From: Lama glama
Lineage: Eukaryota
Reading direction: 5' to 3'
Assembly: GCA_028534125.1 (NCBI GenBank)
Contig: CM052828.1
Span: forward strand, 2,170,001 to 2,234,000
DNA length: 64,000 nt
Under the pieces are notes generated by a model. That model was not told the DNA's origin. It ran no database searches and was given only the letters and a program-made list of their open reading frames with translations. A program made the translations under genes and the position numbers. Positions 1-14,820 of the stretch are shown here, piece after piece. Positions within the stretch are counted from its first letter, which is position 1; every line of letters begins with the position of its first letter.

Positions 1-1319
1 GAAGCCAACAAAGCCCCGAGCCACCCAGCCCCCAAGTCAGCAGCTTCCCCTCACCACTGGACCCGAGCAGCCGAGCGCTGCCCGGCACATGTCCCCAGCG
101 GGCAAGCAGCTGGGTTAGGCGAGTCTCAGGCCACCGGCCTGGTCGCTGATCGGTCATCTGGGCAGCAGATCATCGACACAAGGAAAACGCTGCCCAGGCC
201 CAGAGACAGAACCTCGGCTCTAAACCCACAGCAAGTAATATCACACCTGACTTCCTTGACTTGTAGTGGTTTTCCAACAAGCTAAGATGATACAAGATGA
301 GACCCTTCGGGAAAGCTGACAGGGTGTCCCAGGCGTGCCACGGTGCAGACGCAGAAGTCACGTGGCTTTCAGAAAGCTTCCCAGGGCTCAACCTTGAACC
401 TTTCAAGGTGTGACAGAGATCTAGCTTCCATTTGCTGAAACAATTCCAGTCACACCTTGTTTGTACTTTGCACGTATTATTCAATTTGACTGACCAGAAA
501 TTTTGACGGACGTGTGGAGCTACTGGTTTTTAATTTCTAAGTGCCTGATTTGTATTTTCTATAGAAGAACAGGAAGCCTCAGGCGAGCTCTGTGACTGAG
601 GCAGGCCCCCTGCGTTGGTGCTGGGGCCGGGGCGGACCTGGCTCTGCCCCGAGTGCAGCGGTCCTGTCTAGACACAACTGAGACTCATTAAAGCTGAAAA
701 TAGGAAAAGTTTCAAAACAACGTCAACTTGCCAGAATGAAGCTCGTGCCGGCTGCACTGTAATTTTTACCTTCAATCCTTACTCATCCCTCCTGGAGAAA
801 ATGACAGAAGATTGATTATGAGCCTGTATGTCTCCTTGGAAATAGATCTTACGCAATTTTAGCCTCGGGCTGCCTGTCACAAACAAAGGCCACAAACTGA
901 ACCTCATAATGATGCACCGTAACGGCTCCAAAATGAGAGCGCCACCGCTGTCCCGAGAGCACCTTCAGTGGAAACAGGTCTGCTCTTTTGTGAGACGTAC
1001 TGTGTAAGCCGACTTCCTACGATACTGAGGGGTTTTTAACCAGGAAAAACTGGAGAAAGAAAACCCCCACGATGCTGTAACACTGACGTCCGCAACTCTG
1101 ACGGGACCTGGAAGTTCTGACGTGACACTAACGGACCCACCGACCCCGCTGTCACTGCGGTGACCTCTAGCAAACTGCTCAGCCTGTCTGAGCCTGTTTC
1201 TACAACGGTGGGTGACTATGTGCCAGCTTCACACATTGCTGGACAATTAAATCAGGAAAAACACACAGAACAATAGCTGTTACTTTCCGCTACTTACTGT
1301 TTGATACGTATTTTGTAGT

Positions 1320-4300
1320 GGCTAATGGAGGAGGGGCAGGGGTATGTGGACATCTCTACATTCCCCCTCGGTTTTGCTATGAACCTAAAACTGCTCTAAA
1401 TAGAGTGTTAATAGTTTAAAAAAAACACAAAAGTAAAGGGAAAGAATCATGTCCATCACCCTAGTGGAAGCCTTACAGCTCGACTTTGGCTAGATCACAA
1501 AAATTAGTTACGTACCCAAGGCCTAATCTAATGAAAAGGCTGGCTTAACAGAAGTGCATGAAACCCCAAGCCCAACAACGAGGCAACACACGATGAACTC
1601 AAGCCCCAGGCCACTTCCAGAAGCTGCTGACACGCTAGGCCGAGAACCGCACGGCGGTTCGGCGTAGACAGCTAGACGGCCACACAGCAGCGACAGACGA
1701 CAGACAGCTCCTCCGCAGGGGCTTGGAAGTGCTGCGCGGCGCCTCTGAGCAGCGCCCTGGTCGGAGGGAAGTGATGACGGAGACAGAACGTTAGACACGA
1801 GTCACAACAGAACTGCGGCCTGCGGTTAAAGCGCTGCTCACACCGTGCGCGGTCTGCAGCACTGACGCGTAAGCCCGTATGGCAGCGAAGACGAACTCAA
1901 TTAGCTCTAAGCGTCCACCTTAGAAACGGGGGGCGGGGGTACAGCTCAGCGGCAGAGTGTGTGCGTAGCATGCACGAGGCCTGGGTTCAACCCTCAGGAC
2001 CACCATGAAAGAAAGAATGAATCGGAAGAAAAGAAAAAAGCGGGAGGACAAAACACAAAAGGAGAAAGAGCACAATCAGAAAACAGAAATGAATGACCTG
2101 AAACAAACAAAACGCTGAGGACAGCAGAGCTGGCACCAGCCCTGTGCCAGTGCTACCGAGCCCAACACTCGCCTTCCACCACGGTCGCCAGAGGGAGGAG
2201 CGAAAAGGACGCGAGCACAGACGTGGCAGGCCTTGAAGGGGGAGAGAATGCCACAGACAGCTTTATGCCCGTGAACTTGAAACCTGGACTAAATGGATAA
2301 ATCTCTAGAAAACTACAAGTGAGCAAAACCTCAGAAGACAAGAAGGCCAGGGACCCGTGATACTGAGGAAGCCAGTCCTTTAAAACTCTTCTCACGGAGA
2401 ACATGACGGACCCAGGATGGTTTCATAAGTTAATTCTGACACTTTCAAGAGACAAGATAACTACAGTCTCATACAAGTGCTCGTAAGGGACAGAAGGCGC
2501 TCCCCACAACCCACCTCGTGAAACAGAACACACTTACTGCCAGCACCACCAGGAGCGAGAGGACCCGGAGAACCCAAGCGAGTCTCTCATCAACACAGAT
2601 GTGAAAACCACCCCCAGCACGCAGTGGTCACTGAAGCCAGCGCCGTATGAACCAGATACCAGAGAGTTAAGACCCAAGTCGTTCATGCCGGAACCCGAGG
2701 TGCCCGACGTCAGAGGCAGCATTCACAGCTCTGCTGGAGGGAAGTGACAGCCACCCAGCCGCCTCCAGAGGTGCAGACGCGGTCTGAGAAGACACAGGAG
2801 CTCAATGATCAAAAAAATAAAAAAACAACTTAGCAAACTAGAGCAGGAAGGAACTGCCTCTTCCTGACACCTTCGCCAGACCTGCACCGCAGACACCTCT
2901 CTGCAGCCTGAACCGTTAGAGACGTTTCCTTTAAGAATCAGGATAAAGGCAAGTAACAACCACGTTCCAGCTTCCGTTCGACACCAGCACTGTGCTGCCG
3001 GTTCCTGGAAGTGCCCGGGAGGACGGGATGAATAAAAGACCTGTGAGTGGGAAAGGAAAACCCGGTATTATCTGCAGCAGAAGCAACCTGTAAGCAGGTT
3101 GTTAGAATTAGTAAGAAAAGTCCGCCAAGGTTGCTAAAAATAAGATATTAATATCCAAAAAAAGGATTAACTGCACATTTAAACACCAGCACAAACAAGA
3201 AGAAAACGTAATTTTTTAAAAACATACATTTATAAAACTATCAGAAAGGGAGGGCACCCAGTACTGAAGCTCATACAAGTCAAGCAGGACCCTCTAGGAG
3301 GAGATTTTAAGACTTCCTGGAAGACCTCACGAGCGGAGAGACGTGTCGTCCTCGTGGTTGGAAGACTCCACGTTCAGAGATGTCGGTTCTCTCTCCCCAG
3401 ACTGACCTACGGATTTAACAAAATCCCCACCAAACTCTTATCACAGGTTTTCAAGAAAAGAGAAATGCTGATTCTCTAAGGTGCACAGGAAAGAAGACAA
3501 AGGCCCAGGAGGTGAGAAGAAATTTCCCAAGAGCCAATCCAGACGAGCCCCATCAGATGCCAAGACCCAGAACAAGGTGGCAGCGAGGAAGGCGGCTGGG
3601 CCCTGGCATCAGGACAGACAGACGCCCGCAGGACAGAGTGAGGGGCCCCGCGAGCAGGCGACCGCACGCGCGTGGCCACCGGGCACACGTCCCTCCAGGA
3701 TTCGTCAGTTACCACGCCCTGGGGTAATTCCACCCGCGGGAGATGGGGCAGACCTGCAGGAATGCCAGGGAGGATGAGATGCCTTCATTTTCAGACACTG
3801 ACCTGAGGCCTGTGACAAGATCAGTAATCCAGGGCAGGGACAAAAAGCTCCCGCCCCCACAGGAATCAGGGTCTTACAGGTAAGAGAGAAAGAGGGGGAA
3901 GTTCCAGGGCTGCACGTAATCCAAGCGTCTGGGACATCTCCCCACAGTACACGCAGGACGGGGCTCAGGGACCGGCTTCAGCCCGCGTATCGGGGTGCTC
4001 GGCACGCTCACCTTCGGAGCAGGGGCCAAGACCATCTTATTTCCTTGAAGCCAAAACCTCAATTGTTAAAAAAAAAAAAAAAAGCTCCAGTGATTTTCTC
4101 TGTCAGCAGGCGGCTTACACTAAGGCCAGCAGAGCACTGACAAGATCCCGGTCTCAGGTTTGTTAACGTATGAAAAAGAGCTGCACCATCTACTAAAATT
4201 AACCCAGCATGATTCAAAGATCTAAACATAAGACAGAAAACTATAAAACTCTCAGGAAAAAACTTAGGAGAAAAGCTTTACAACGTTGGATTTAGTGATG

Positions 4301-4790
4301 ACTTAGATGTGAAACCAAAAGCAAAAGCCAACAGAGGAAAAAGCAGGTGGACGGGGCTGCACTGAAATTCACCGACATTTCTCCAAAGATAACACGGACA
4401 CGCAACAAGCAGGGCCTCGGTGTCACCGGTCACCGCACGGCACGGATCGGAACCACGGCCACATGCCGCTTCTTGTCCGCCGGGGCGGCAGCTCCCGCCT
4501 CCACAACCCAGACGAGAGAGACTCTGACCCGCGCTGCAGCGTGGATGGACCTTAGAAACACCGTGCTGGGTGGAGCAAGCCAGTCAGTCACGATTCCACT
4601 GACACGAGGTCCCCAGAGCCGTCAGATCCGCCGGGACAGAGGAGGGGGGAGAGGAGGGGCGCAGTGTTCCACGGGGACAGTTTCAGTTCTGCAGGGTGAA
4701 AAGCGTTCTGGGGGTGGAGGGTGGTGATGGGTGTCACTGAACACAGGGACTGTAACTGGAAACCATCTCTGAAACATGGTTAGGTTGGTC
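1320..4790 (+). mobile_element. Cluster of old, degraded LINE-1 fragments (ORF2 remnants and L1M-type 3' ends)
   Basis: L1-like strings such as aaatggataaatctctagaaaactacaa (~2290), ttagcaaactagag (~2830), ggttggaagactc (~3357), aaagatctaaacataaga...aactataaaactc (~4216) and tggatggaccttagaaac (~4542). Confidence 0.7.
1928..2040 (+). mobile_element. tRNA-Ala-derived SINE (camelid vic-1 type), inserted in an L1 fossil
   Basis: gtacagctcagcggcagagtgtgtgcgtagcatgcacgaggcctgggttcaaccc followed by an A-rich tail. Confidence 0.8.
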
Positions 4791-6693
4791 TGTTTCAGGC
4801 TAGCTGTGCTTTACCAAGACTGAAAGGAGCTGCCTATTAAAACATTTAAAGGACAACAAAGTCCACGCTTCCAGAAGTGAGCCTGCTGGGGCCACTGACA
4901 GAAGCCTCATGCTCACTGGGAGCAGCTGGGCAGGGGCTGGTCTGAAGGCCAGAACCACACGCACGAGAAGACCGACTGTGGCCCCGTGGCTCAGACACCA
5001 CAGGCCCCGGGACGCAGCCTGGGGCGGCGCGAGGCCAGGGGCTCCCGCAGACGGCCGATTCACGTCAAGTTCATTATGCCTAAGACCTGGGTTTTTTCAC
5101 ACGAGCTGCCACCAAGTCTGTGCTTCCCTATGCTTGCGCTGTTGATTGGAAGATAAATCTACAGCTTTGATGTTGTAGTCAAGACGCTTCTGAATCTCAA
5201 GTGAGCACCTCTGGCGCCAGTGACAGCCGTGCACCTGGACTCTGACGGGCGCACCTGTGACCTCTGGCGCCTTCGCCACGAGCAGCCCCTGGCCAGCGCG
5301 CTCCAGCTCAGACGAGATGCTTTCGTGTTAATGCCACCGCGATGCTATCCTTACTCTGAGAACTCGCTGGAATGCGCCACGAGATGGAGAAAAGTTCCTT
5401 TCCTGACGTGCAGCGGGCCGTCCTGCTGCTCCTCTCTCGGGCTTACGTGTTATTTACTTACAGACTCAGATTCTAGGGAATTAACTCCTGTCCTTAGGCT
5501 AGGCTGCCCTCAAAATGAAAACATCAAGCCACTTGGTGCTTAACTGGCGACAAGAGGAGGCAGGCCCTCTGGGACGCGCAAGGCATCTCCTCTCGTGCCT
5601 CCGGCGCTCTCCAAGCTCTGCGGAGGCACAGGGTTATTTCACTCTCTGGAGGCTGTGTCTGCAATCCCCTCAGCCCCGCGGACGTGCCTTCGGAGCCTGA
5701 GACCTGAATTAATTCACGGCAGCACGCTAATTCCTTCCTGCTTCTCATCTCCTTTCCTGTGAAGTATGGCTTTGGGCAGTATCTTTCCTTGAAGCCACCT
5801 TGCTCAAAGATCACTCTTCTTACTGAAGAGCGTCGGTAGTAACACGGGATCGTCCTCTTGGGGAACTTCACGTCACCCCCGAGCAGTGCTTCCGGCGCGT
5901 CTCTGCTCTGACTGTTCTGAGCAGGTACCAAGGCGGCGAGGGTCAGCCCAAGACCCGCCATGGGCCGAGTCTCCATAATTCACGTAATTCCCAGAGCAGC
6001 TCCTGGCGGGTCGATGAACAGACAGATGACTGGACCACATGTGTCTCAGCTCTGTCATCTTAATCACTGAAGTAGATTATGATGGAGACTAATTCAGATT
6101 AGTTATCCAGAAACCCACCGATCACTCTACAGCTGACAATAACAATTAGATAAAAGTCAAGTCCAAAAAATAGAAACGATCAATTCACATCATGCATCTG
6201 GAGATACAATCAGAAAGTCACAAATAAATGTGATTTGGGCTCTTATTTTTCTGACTCCATTCATCCTTTCCTTTAATCCCTTTCAGTGTCCTTTCTAAAA
6301 GCTGAGCCCCAGGATGAATGTAGTAACGGCACACGACACTAAGGAAGGTGCTGTCCCCGGGGAAGCACTACCTGATGTGATGCTCCATAATCAAATTCTG
6401 AGAGAAGGAAGGGAACGCGCTTCCCAGGCAGGGGACACGGGGACAGGGGCGCACAGGGAACCTGCTGTAGGGCCCGCCCGCTCCCGTGAGGACCACGCCC
6501 GGAACCGCCCAGCCCACGTTAAAGGGCAGCTGTCTGCTGTCCACCCTCGATGGGAGCCATGCCCAAAGCAAGCGGGCGGCAGGACACCAGGAGGAGGATT
6601 CTGTACCAAGAAAGTGCGGAAGGCAGGCCGAGTTCAGCGTCCCCGGCGAGTCACAGGGGCCACCCACACCTCAGGGGACGGTGCATGAAGTCA

Positions 6694-6846
<153 letters not shown>

Positions 6847-7933
6847 TTACATCAACGTATTTATTTTATTTTTTATGAACTCTTTTAATTTTTATTTGTA
6901 CTTCTGATGAACTATGATAATCTTTTAATTTATTAAATCAATATTTTACTTCTATAAAATTATTGCACATATTTGCAGAAAAATTTAAAATAATCTCATA
7001 CATTTTCCCATGTATTAGAAGTAAAACAAAGTATTTGCACAGCCGAATAAAACACCTTGTAAAGCAATGGCTCACACGCTCTACAAACAAACCTGTCTTC
7101 GGCGCTGCCGGGCTATACGTGAAGCACAGTCACAACATTCTTACAGTCAGCAGAGCATCTGAATTTAACTCACGGAATTCCCTCGCCAAATGCTGTTCTT
7201 TTTCATTTGTTTTCAAAGTATATTATTCGATCTATTAATTCCTTCTGGTAACAAGGTCAGTCCTCAGCACACAAAGCAACATTTTAAACTCAAAATTATT
7301 TAAAGCAACAAATCCTGTAAGAACCTTTTGTTGACACTATGATTCTGTCCGGCCCATCTACAGTCTTTTCAAGTATCTTCTCCTCCCCTAAAAGTGTGTG
7401 TGTGTGAAGTTAGTTAATAAACACGGAGTCAGCACTCTCCTGGGTGGTCTCAAGCTGACCTGTGTGATAAGAAGCTTAAGACTCGGAGGTGACAGCGAGG
7501 AGGGACGTCTTTGATGTCACCCGCACAGCCACACGTCAGCCTGAGACACCCCGGCTTTCTGCGGGGGGTGGGGGGTGAGGACACAGCACGGAGCGCCCCT
7601 CAGCACGCCCTCACGTCTCCTGGCTGACTCTGGACAGAGGCAGCATCCGCTCACTTCCTCACTCGCTGACTCTGCTGGGGAGACGCGCTGACTCACACGC
7701 ACGGCCACCGACTTGAAGTCCACATAAAACACAACACAACGGGAAGTGGCACAAACTCAAAGACCGGGAGCGGAGACCTTCCTGGGTGAGAACTGCTATC
7801 AACGGCGGGAAAAACGCAGGAGGGCTGGGTCAGCCTCACAGCTGAGAGGACAAGGCAGACCATCTGCCACCCACGACTGCAGACACCCAGATAAAAGGCT
7901 TTTTTCCGATTTAGAAAGAAATGTATGTTTTCA

Positions 7934-8248
<315 letters not shown>

Positions 8249-9139
8249 TCACCTGAACTCCATTCTTCTGCTCACTTAGTTAGGGACACTTTCCCCCAGC
8301 ACTTTTTATTTTGCTAAAATGTTCATCTTCTTAAAACACCAGTCATTCTCTGAGGCTGTGCTGACGAGTTCAGTTACTCACTCCAAAGCCATGCACTGAG
8401 CTGAGGCCACAGCAGATGCTGGAGACGCTCACAGCAAGGGGGACGGGACACTCGTGCTTACCGGGCCCCTCCCGTGTCAGGACGACACCTTCCGCACCCA
8501 TGGGCTTTGTCACTTGGACAGGACGAGCTCCAAACTGCCACAGAGCAAGGCCCTGGGAGGAGCCTTCCCGGCGCGCACGCACTCACCACTTACTCTCCAC
8601 AGAAACCTGGGAGGCAGCTGTTTCGTCTTTCAGACAAGAAAACCAGCTGCGTCTTGGAAATACCGGGTCCTGTGTCCAAAGATGCAGGGCTCGGCCACCG
8701 CCTCCCAAACGGGGACTCGGGCCGAGGCCTGTGGAGCTGGGCCTCCAGCAAGGAGAAGGTACATGGGACTCAGCAGCGGTGACCCAGGCTCTGGCCCCGC
8801 CTTCCGCCCACACTGGCCACGCTGTCCTGGAGTCTGGTCCCCTTGCCAGCCTCGCCTCCACTTTGTCAAATACTAGAGCCATTGCCCAGATTCGTAAGCC
8901 TACGTCTGTTAAAACTGCTTCGGAAGTTGGGAATCACTATTTAAATATAAGGTACCCTTATTTCTACTGTACCTGACAACCTGAATTCTTGACCATTCTA
9001 ATCAAACTGCCCGGAAGTGCTGAAGCTCGAGAACATGAACCTCACGTATGCCACCCAAGGAGTGAACCGCCCAGAGGCTGAGTCTGCAGTTCTGAGCCAG
9101 GTCCACTGTCAAGGATGGATGGCGGCCGAGAGCTGGAGC

Positions 9140-9345
9140 TCTGGTCAGAACATGTGGGTTCAAATCTTGGGACTCCTAACTGTGTGACTCCAAGCAAGTA
9201 ACATCCCTTCTCTGGCTTCGGTTTTCCGGTAACAGTAGGGCCCAGCTCAGAGGGGCGAGGTGAGCACCGGAAGGTGTGGTGTGGGAAGGGCTTAGAGCAC
9301 CGGCTGGCACACGGAGGGCTGGGAAGTGTCAGTTGCTGTCACTGT
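9140..9345 (+). mobile_element. MIR SINE
   Basis: tgggttcaaatc...tgtgactccaagcaagtaac...ttctctggcttcggtttt. Confidence 0.6.
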
Positions 9346-9452
9346 CACGGTCACCACAACCCAGACACAGATTCACGTAGTTACTTTCACAACTTTCATC
9401 ATCTTCAGATTCTACACCCTCGTTTCAAGTTTATCTATTCAGCAACCTTTTA

Positions 9453-9683
<231 letters not shown>

Positions 9684-11129
9684 TCACACGAGAGTCTGCA
9701 TCTAAGACGCCCACAGCCCTGAATGCAGACATCTCACCACTTCCTACGCCCACATCACCTCGGGGTGGCGTCCACCCCGACGTCCGCCCACCTCGCTCCA
9801 TCTCTTGGTGCCTCTGACGGATTCTGTCCGGAGAGGAGACCCTGCCCGTCAAGCCCTCCATCCTGACGGCCAGCCCGCGACAATGCAGCTCAGCCTGGCA
9901 CGCAGCGCCCGGGGACCGGGGCTGGGTGCTGGCTGGCTGATTAGCAGCCAAATTGTCCCCCCCGTTCGATCTCAGAACGTCAAGACACACGGGCATACTA
10001 GCCACAACCCTGGAAGGCAGAACCACAATGCGCAGCATCTGCCCTGCTAAACTCAGTGACAGCACCATTCACACCCACCCCACCACCCAGCCGACGAGAG
10101 AGGCGCGGCTCGCAGGAGGGCTGGTCTCCAACTCTGCACAACTTGCAGAGAACTGAGAACTCCCTGCGCGTGTGTGTTCATTAACCCCACAAACATCCAT
10201 GAGGCATCGCCATGGTGTCAGGAACTGTTCCCGGCACGCAGGAGATGGCAGTGAACAAAATCAGCAAATGGTGACCGAGGGGCCCCCTGAGCTGGAGGAC
10301 GTCTTCATCACTTGCATCTTGTCCCTGCCCCCGCCTGTCACCAGCTTCCCTTTGCAGACCACCTCTGCATTCAGTCCCTCTCCACAGCTTGTGAGGACAG
10401 CCCACAGGCGAGATGAACGCACTTCCATCTGTCCTTCCAATGCCACCTCCGCCCACTCTACAGCCGCAGAACAGCCAGGGGACACGAGCCATCCCTGCTC
10501 CTTCAAGTACAGAGAAGCGGCACAGTGTGCTCCGCACAGGGCAAGGGGAACAGAGAGCTACAGCCTGCGGATCCTCAGATCCTCAAAGCCGCCTTGGGAA
10601 AAGCTAAAAACCCTGCACCTCAAATGAAGGGCGCCCTGACTTGGGGGGGGGGGCTCCAGGCTGGGGTCACCGTCAGGAAGTCACACCAGAGCACTGGGCA
10701 CCAACTAGCATCCGATACAAGCATGGGCTCCGACAGGCGGGAAGGGGCTGGGAGGAGAGGAAAGGGGGCCCAGGGACCCTGGGATAACCAGCAGGGACCC
10801 GTGCGCGGCAGTAGCATGGCCAGCAACGACCAAGGTCTCCTGAACCAGAGTCTGTCGACAGTCCAAGCCTCGGCCTCGGATCAGGTTACTAAAACAGTTT
10901 TCCTCAGAGAACGAGCCCTGCTGTTAAATGCTTACAGTCACTTCAGGCACTGACTGATGTTGGAGGAGAGTGTTTATGTCGCAGGGTCCTAATCAGACGG
11001 AGCGATCCGGACTTCTCATCAGGCAGCAGTGAGGGGACGCTCCACTGGGGCACAACAAACCTGCGCGGAGCTGCTGGGGACCGGGGACGGGGGACCGCGC
11101 CCAGGATGCGGCGCCCCTGGGATGCTTAC

Positions 11130-11283
11130 CAGCTTGCGGACATCCTCGCACCACACCTCTCCCCTCACTGGCTGCTCCGCCTGGAGCGAAATCCCCAGCA
11201 GCCTGTGAAACAGGACACTCAGGCCGTCCATGCACGCTCCGAGGGAGAAAAATGGGCAGTACAAACTCGGCTCGATGTTGTAC
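11130..11283 (-). CDS. MIPEP: MIPEP exon 11 (154 nt)
   Basis: gcccag|[51 protein letters not shown]|gtaagc. Confidence 0.96.
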
Positions 11284-11584
11284 CTGGGCAGGAAGAGACG
11301 GAGACCACATTCTGTTTACTTCAGCTTCCTACGTGGATTCTGTCCCCTTCTCACTTAAAATTTAGGAGCCAGAAAGGACTGAAAACACAAGGTACATGTC
11401 TATGCACCTGTCCCAACTCCGTTATCCCAAATCCATCCCACATCTCCATCCCTTCCAGCTCGGTCACTCTCAACACCACACCACACACACAGTTACACAC
11501 AAAATCTGACCTGCTGGAGCTGACGGTAAAACTCTACTCCATAAAATGTGTTACAGTCTATATTTATATATACACATATACCTC

Positions 11585-11965
11585 AAAGTTAACCTAGTTC
11601 AACAGAATTACCACATAGCTCAGCAAGTCCATTTCCGGGCACATACCCAGAACTGAAAGCAGGGTCTCAAAGAATTATCTATATGCCCATATTCACAGCG
11701 TTGCGACAGCTAAAACATGAACGTAACCCAAGTGTCCATAAATCTGCCTCGGACTGGGTAAGTAAAATGTGGTGCGTACATATACACTATGGGTATCATT
11801 TCAGCCTTAAAGAGGAAAGAAATCCTGACACCTGCTACCGCACGGATGAGCCCTGAGGACGTTATGCTCTGTGAAGTCAGTCAGTCTCAGAAAGAAACAC
11901 AGTTTGATCCCACTTAAATGAGGTACTCAGAGTAGGGAGAGTCATAGAAACAAGAAGTAAAAGGT
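11585..11965 (+). mobile_element. L1MB-like 3' fragment
   Basis: acccaagtgtcca...aaaatgtggt...tcagccttaaagagg...atgaggtactcagagtag. Confidence 0.75.
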
Positions 11966-12744
11966 GAGGCGGGGAGCTCACAGGCGGGGTGCCCGCCGCC
12001 GGCGCCGCACCAGGGCGGTCGGATATGGGAAACGCGATGTTGAGGCAAGACCTGCAAGGAGAGGGGGGTGATGCGCCCGGGGCGCAGGAGTTGCCAAGAC
12101 GGACACCCCGATGTGAGGGGTACTGAGGACCAAAGCACGTGACCGAGTGTGACCGGCAGGTGGCCAGGAACCTGGGGAGAGCAGTCTGACCGACCGTCAG
12201 GGCCGAACGCACGCCAGCTCCGGAGGCCACGGAGCCGCGTGCAGGCCAGACCGCTGGGGCAGGTTCGGCAGGAACACCGAGGGCGCCGCTCCCCCAGGGT
12301 CACGGGGGGGCTGCTCACCTGTGTTCCAAGACAAGGCACGTCCAGCACCTCTGCAGGCAGAGGGGAGGAGGTAAGAAAGGAGGAGACGGATGACACACAA
12401 TAAAGTCAGAAAAGCTGACGAAGCGACACCTGTGACAGGGTGAGCAGACACTGCCTTACGTTTGCAAAGCACTGTCACTTCAAGAACCTCCTGCATCCTT
12501 ATGTCGCTCTGTGAGACAGGCCGAGCCAGGATGTTCCACCTGAGGCAACCGAGCTGCCCTGGAGCAGGAGGCGCGAGGGCCAGGAACCTGGCGCTCCTGG
12601 TCCCAACAGGCTAACCGGGACCAGACAAGTCTGAGACCACGGGGAGCGATGGGTCGAGTCTGGTATGAGAGGATGCCAACGAACCACGGTGAACTTTACT
12701 AGGTAACAAGGGACTGGAGGCACTTAAAGAGCACGCAGAACCGA

Positions 12745-12928
12745 GATGACAAGGGTCTAGGGTTCACTTTAAAGCACTGCAGTGACGAGGAGGGAGACAA
12801 AAAGGAGAAGAGACAAATGAGGCAATCATGGCAAACGTGCAACCACTGAATCTGGGAGCGGAGTACGTGGGGCTTACACTAGTCTCCCTGTTTCTGCTTA
12901 TTTTGGGAGTTTTCGTTATAAAAGTTAA
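12745..12928 (+). mobile_element. L1ME-like 3' end
   Basis: atggcaaacgtg...gaatctggg...gttttcgttataaaagtt. Confidence 0.45.
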
Positions 12929-14187
12929 TTCTTAGAAACCTCAAGCAACAAGCTCACACACACACACTGACCAAGAAGCTGCACAACCTCACACATTAAA
13001 CCGCAGCGCTATCTTGAAACACCACCATCCCTCTGTGGGAGTCCAAGGTTTTACGAAGCGTTTAAAACACAGACACTCCAACTTCATTATCGAGTGGCCC
13101 TGACCTTTTGAGAACGCCCCAAGTGAGGAAGAGACACTGCGGAGCCCACGCCCCCAAGACACCTTCCTGCTCCGAGGAAACAAGACTCACTGAAACTCAC
13201 TACTGGCGGAAAGGAATCAAGTCCTCGAGCATAAAAATAAAGTCAACCATCGAGGGACACATTAAACAGCTTCAGAGTGACCACCCCGGGGGAGGGGTGG
13301 GAGGGAGGCTGAGAGCCCCATTCAGAGACTCAAACACTTTAAATGCGGTTTTGATTTTTTTCCAACCATGTGACTGCATTAACCACTGAAAAATAGAGTA
13401 ACTGCATATATGCTTTTCATAACGTAAAGAATTACCTCTACCCTTCCCTGAAGAACGTGAGACTTAAAAAGGAAAAAGAACGAAGGCACGTTTGCTCCGA
13501 GGCTCCCCATCGTCGCCGCGCCCCGCTTCCCAGGACGACCTCAGTTTCTGCACATTAACCTCTTACCTTACTTGTACCAGGTTCTTCCTTCTCCTCAGCT
13601 GAATATCTGAGAAACTGGAACTAAATCTGAAGTATTTCACATAAAAGCAAAGACAGCCCCTGGGTGGCCTGAAGAAAAGCTCACGTCAAGGGCAGGCCCT
13701 CAAACTCCGTGTTTTGTGTCAAACCACACACTCGCGTCTTCACTTGCAAGTAGAGGAGGCCAGCGTGGATTCAGAAGCCGTCACGTGGCTGCATCCTAAT
13801 CTCCCCCCCAAACTACCACATTTTCCCTCTGCTTTCTCATCCATTACCTGCGCCTCTCAGCCCACTCTTGTGGATCAAGATTATTGAAACCTCAGCCCCA
13901 AATTCCATCAATTTGCCTTTTTAGCTACTTAAAGTAGATGTTTCAAACCCCTGATTCTTACAATCCCACTTGAAGCACTTCTGCATCGCTTTTCCTGGTT
14001 TTTTTTTTTTTACTGAGTCAACAGCCAAATAAATGAACTAAAGGCCCTGTGGATGTCAGGTGGGCGACACTGTGTTCCTGGGACAGTGGTGACTTCCTAC
14101 TCTAAAGACCATTTGGATTGCTGGAAACCTCTCAGCAAAGGGCATTTTGGTGTGTGGGTGGGTGTGCGCGCACGTGTGTGCAGGCAA

Positions 14188-14262
14188 GGGAGAGGTACTT
14201 AGGTTCATCTATTATTTATTTCAGTGGAGGTACACTGGGGATTGAACCCAGGACCTCACGCT
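14188..14262 (-). mobile_element. 5'-truncated tRNA-Ala-derived SINE
   Basis: Reverse strand reads gaggtcctgggttcaatccccag...aaataaaatagatgaacctaagtacctc. Confidence 0.75.
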
Positions 14263-14618
14263 TCATCTCAAGGCAGGAGTGATCCCGTGACCTGGAGGCC
14301 AAAGGCACCGCATGCGAGCTGGCCTACCAGCCACGTGCAGGTCCCCCTCGCCTGGACATGGCCACGCCGCGGGGAAGCACAGACAGGGCCCCAGCCCAGC
14401 ACTGTCTCCTCGCCCAAAGCTCTCTGAGAGCACTCTGCTACGGATGCAATACAGTCACTGCCCTTCAGATGAGTGTCTTCCCAGGCAGCACTGAACCTCC
14501 TTCAAAGCCCTGAGACGGCACTTCCAAAGCAGCGCCTGGAGGGGCCGCTCTCTAGAAGGGCTACAGTCGGCCAGCTCCATGCCCTCCTGCTAACTTAGTA
14601 CTGAGGCCGCCAGCACGG

Positions 14619-14820
14619 AGGGAGGGGAGCGCAGGGGCAAAGCACGCGCCCAGCCCGCCCGAGGTCCAGGTCTGTCCCCAGCACCTCTGTTAAATAAATA
14701 AATATGGGGACAATGACGCCCTACTGGAAATTTTGTGGTGACAACTAAAAATTGAATAAATAAATAAACCTAACCACTTCTTCCCCAAAACAAAAACAAA
14801 CACACAAACAAAAAACCCAA
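14619..14820 (+). mobile_element. Degenerate tRNA-derived SINE with an interrupted tail
   Basis: cgaggtcc...ccccagcacctctgttaaataaataaat ... aataaataaacctaaccacttc followed by an A-rich tail. Confidence 0.55.

Noticed and set aside
5524-5976. 150-aa ATG-initiated minus-strand ORF in MIPEP intron 14
   Set aside because: No recognisable homology, exon structure or retrocopy hallmarks; a BLAST or PhyloCSF check would be needed to revive it
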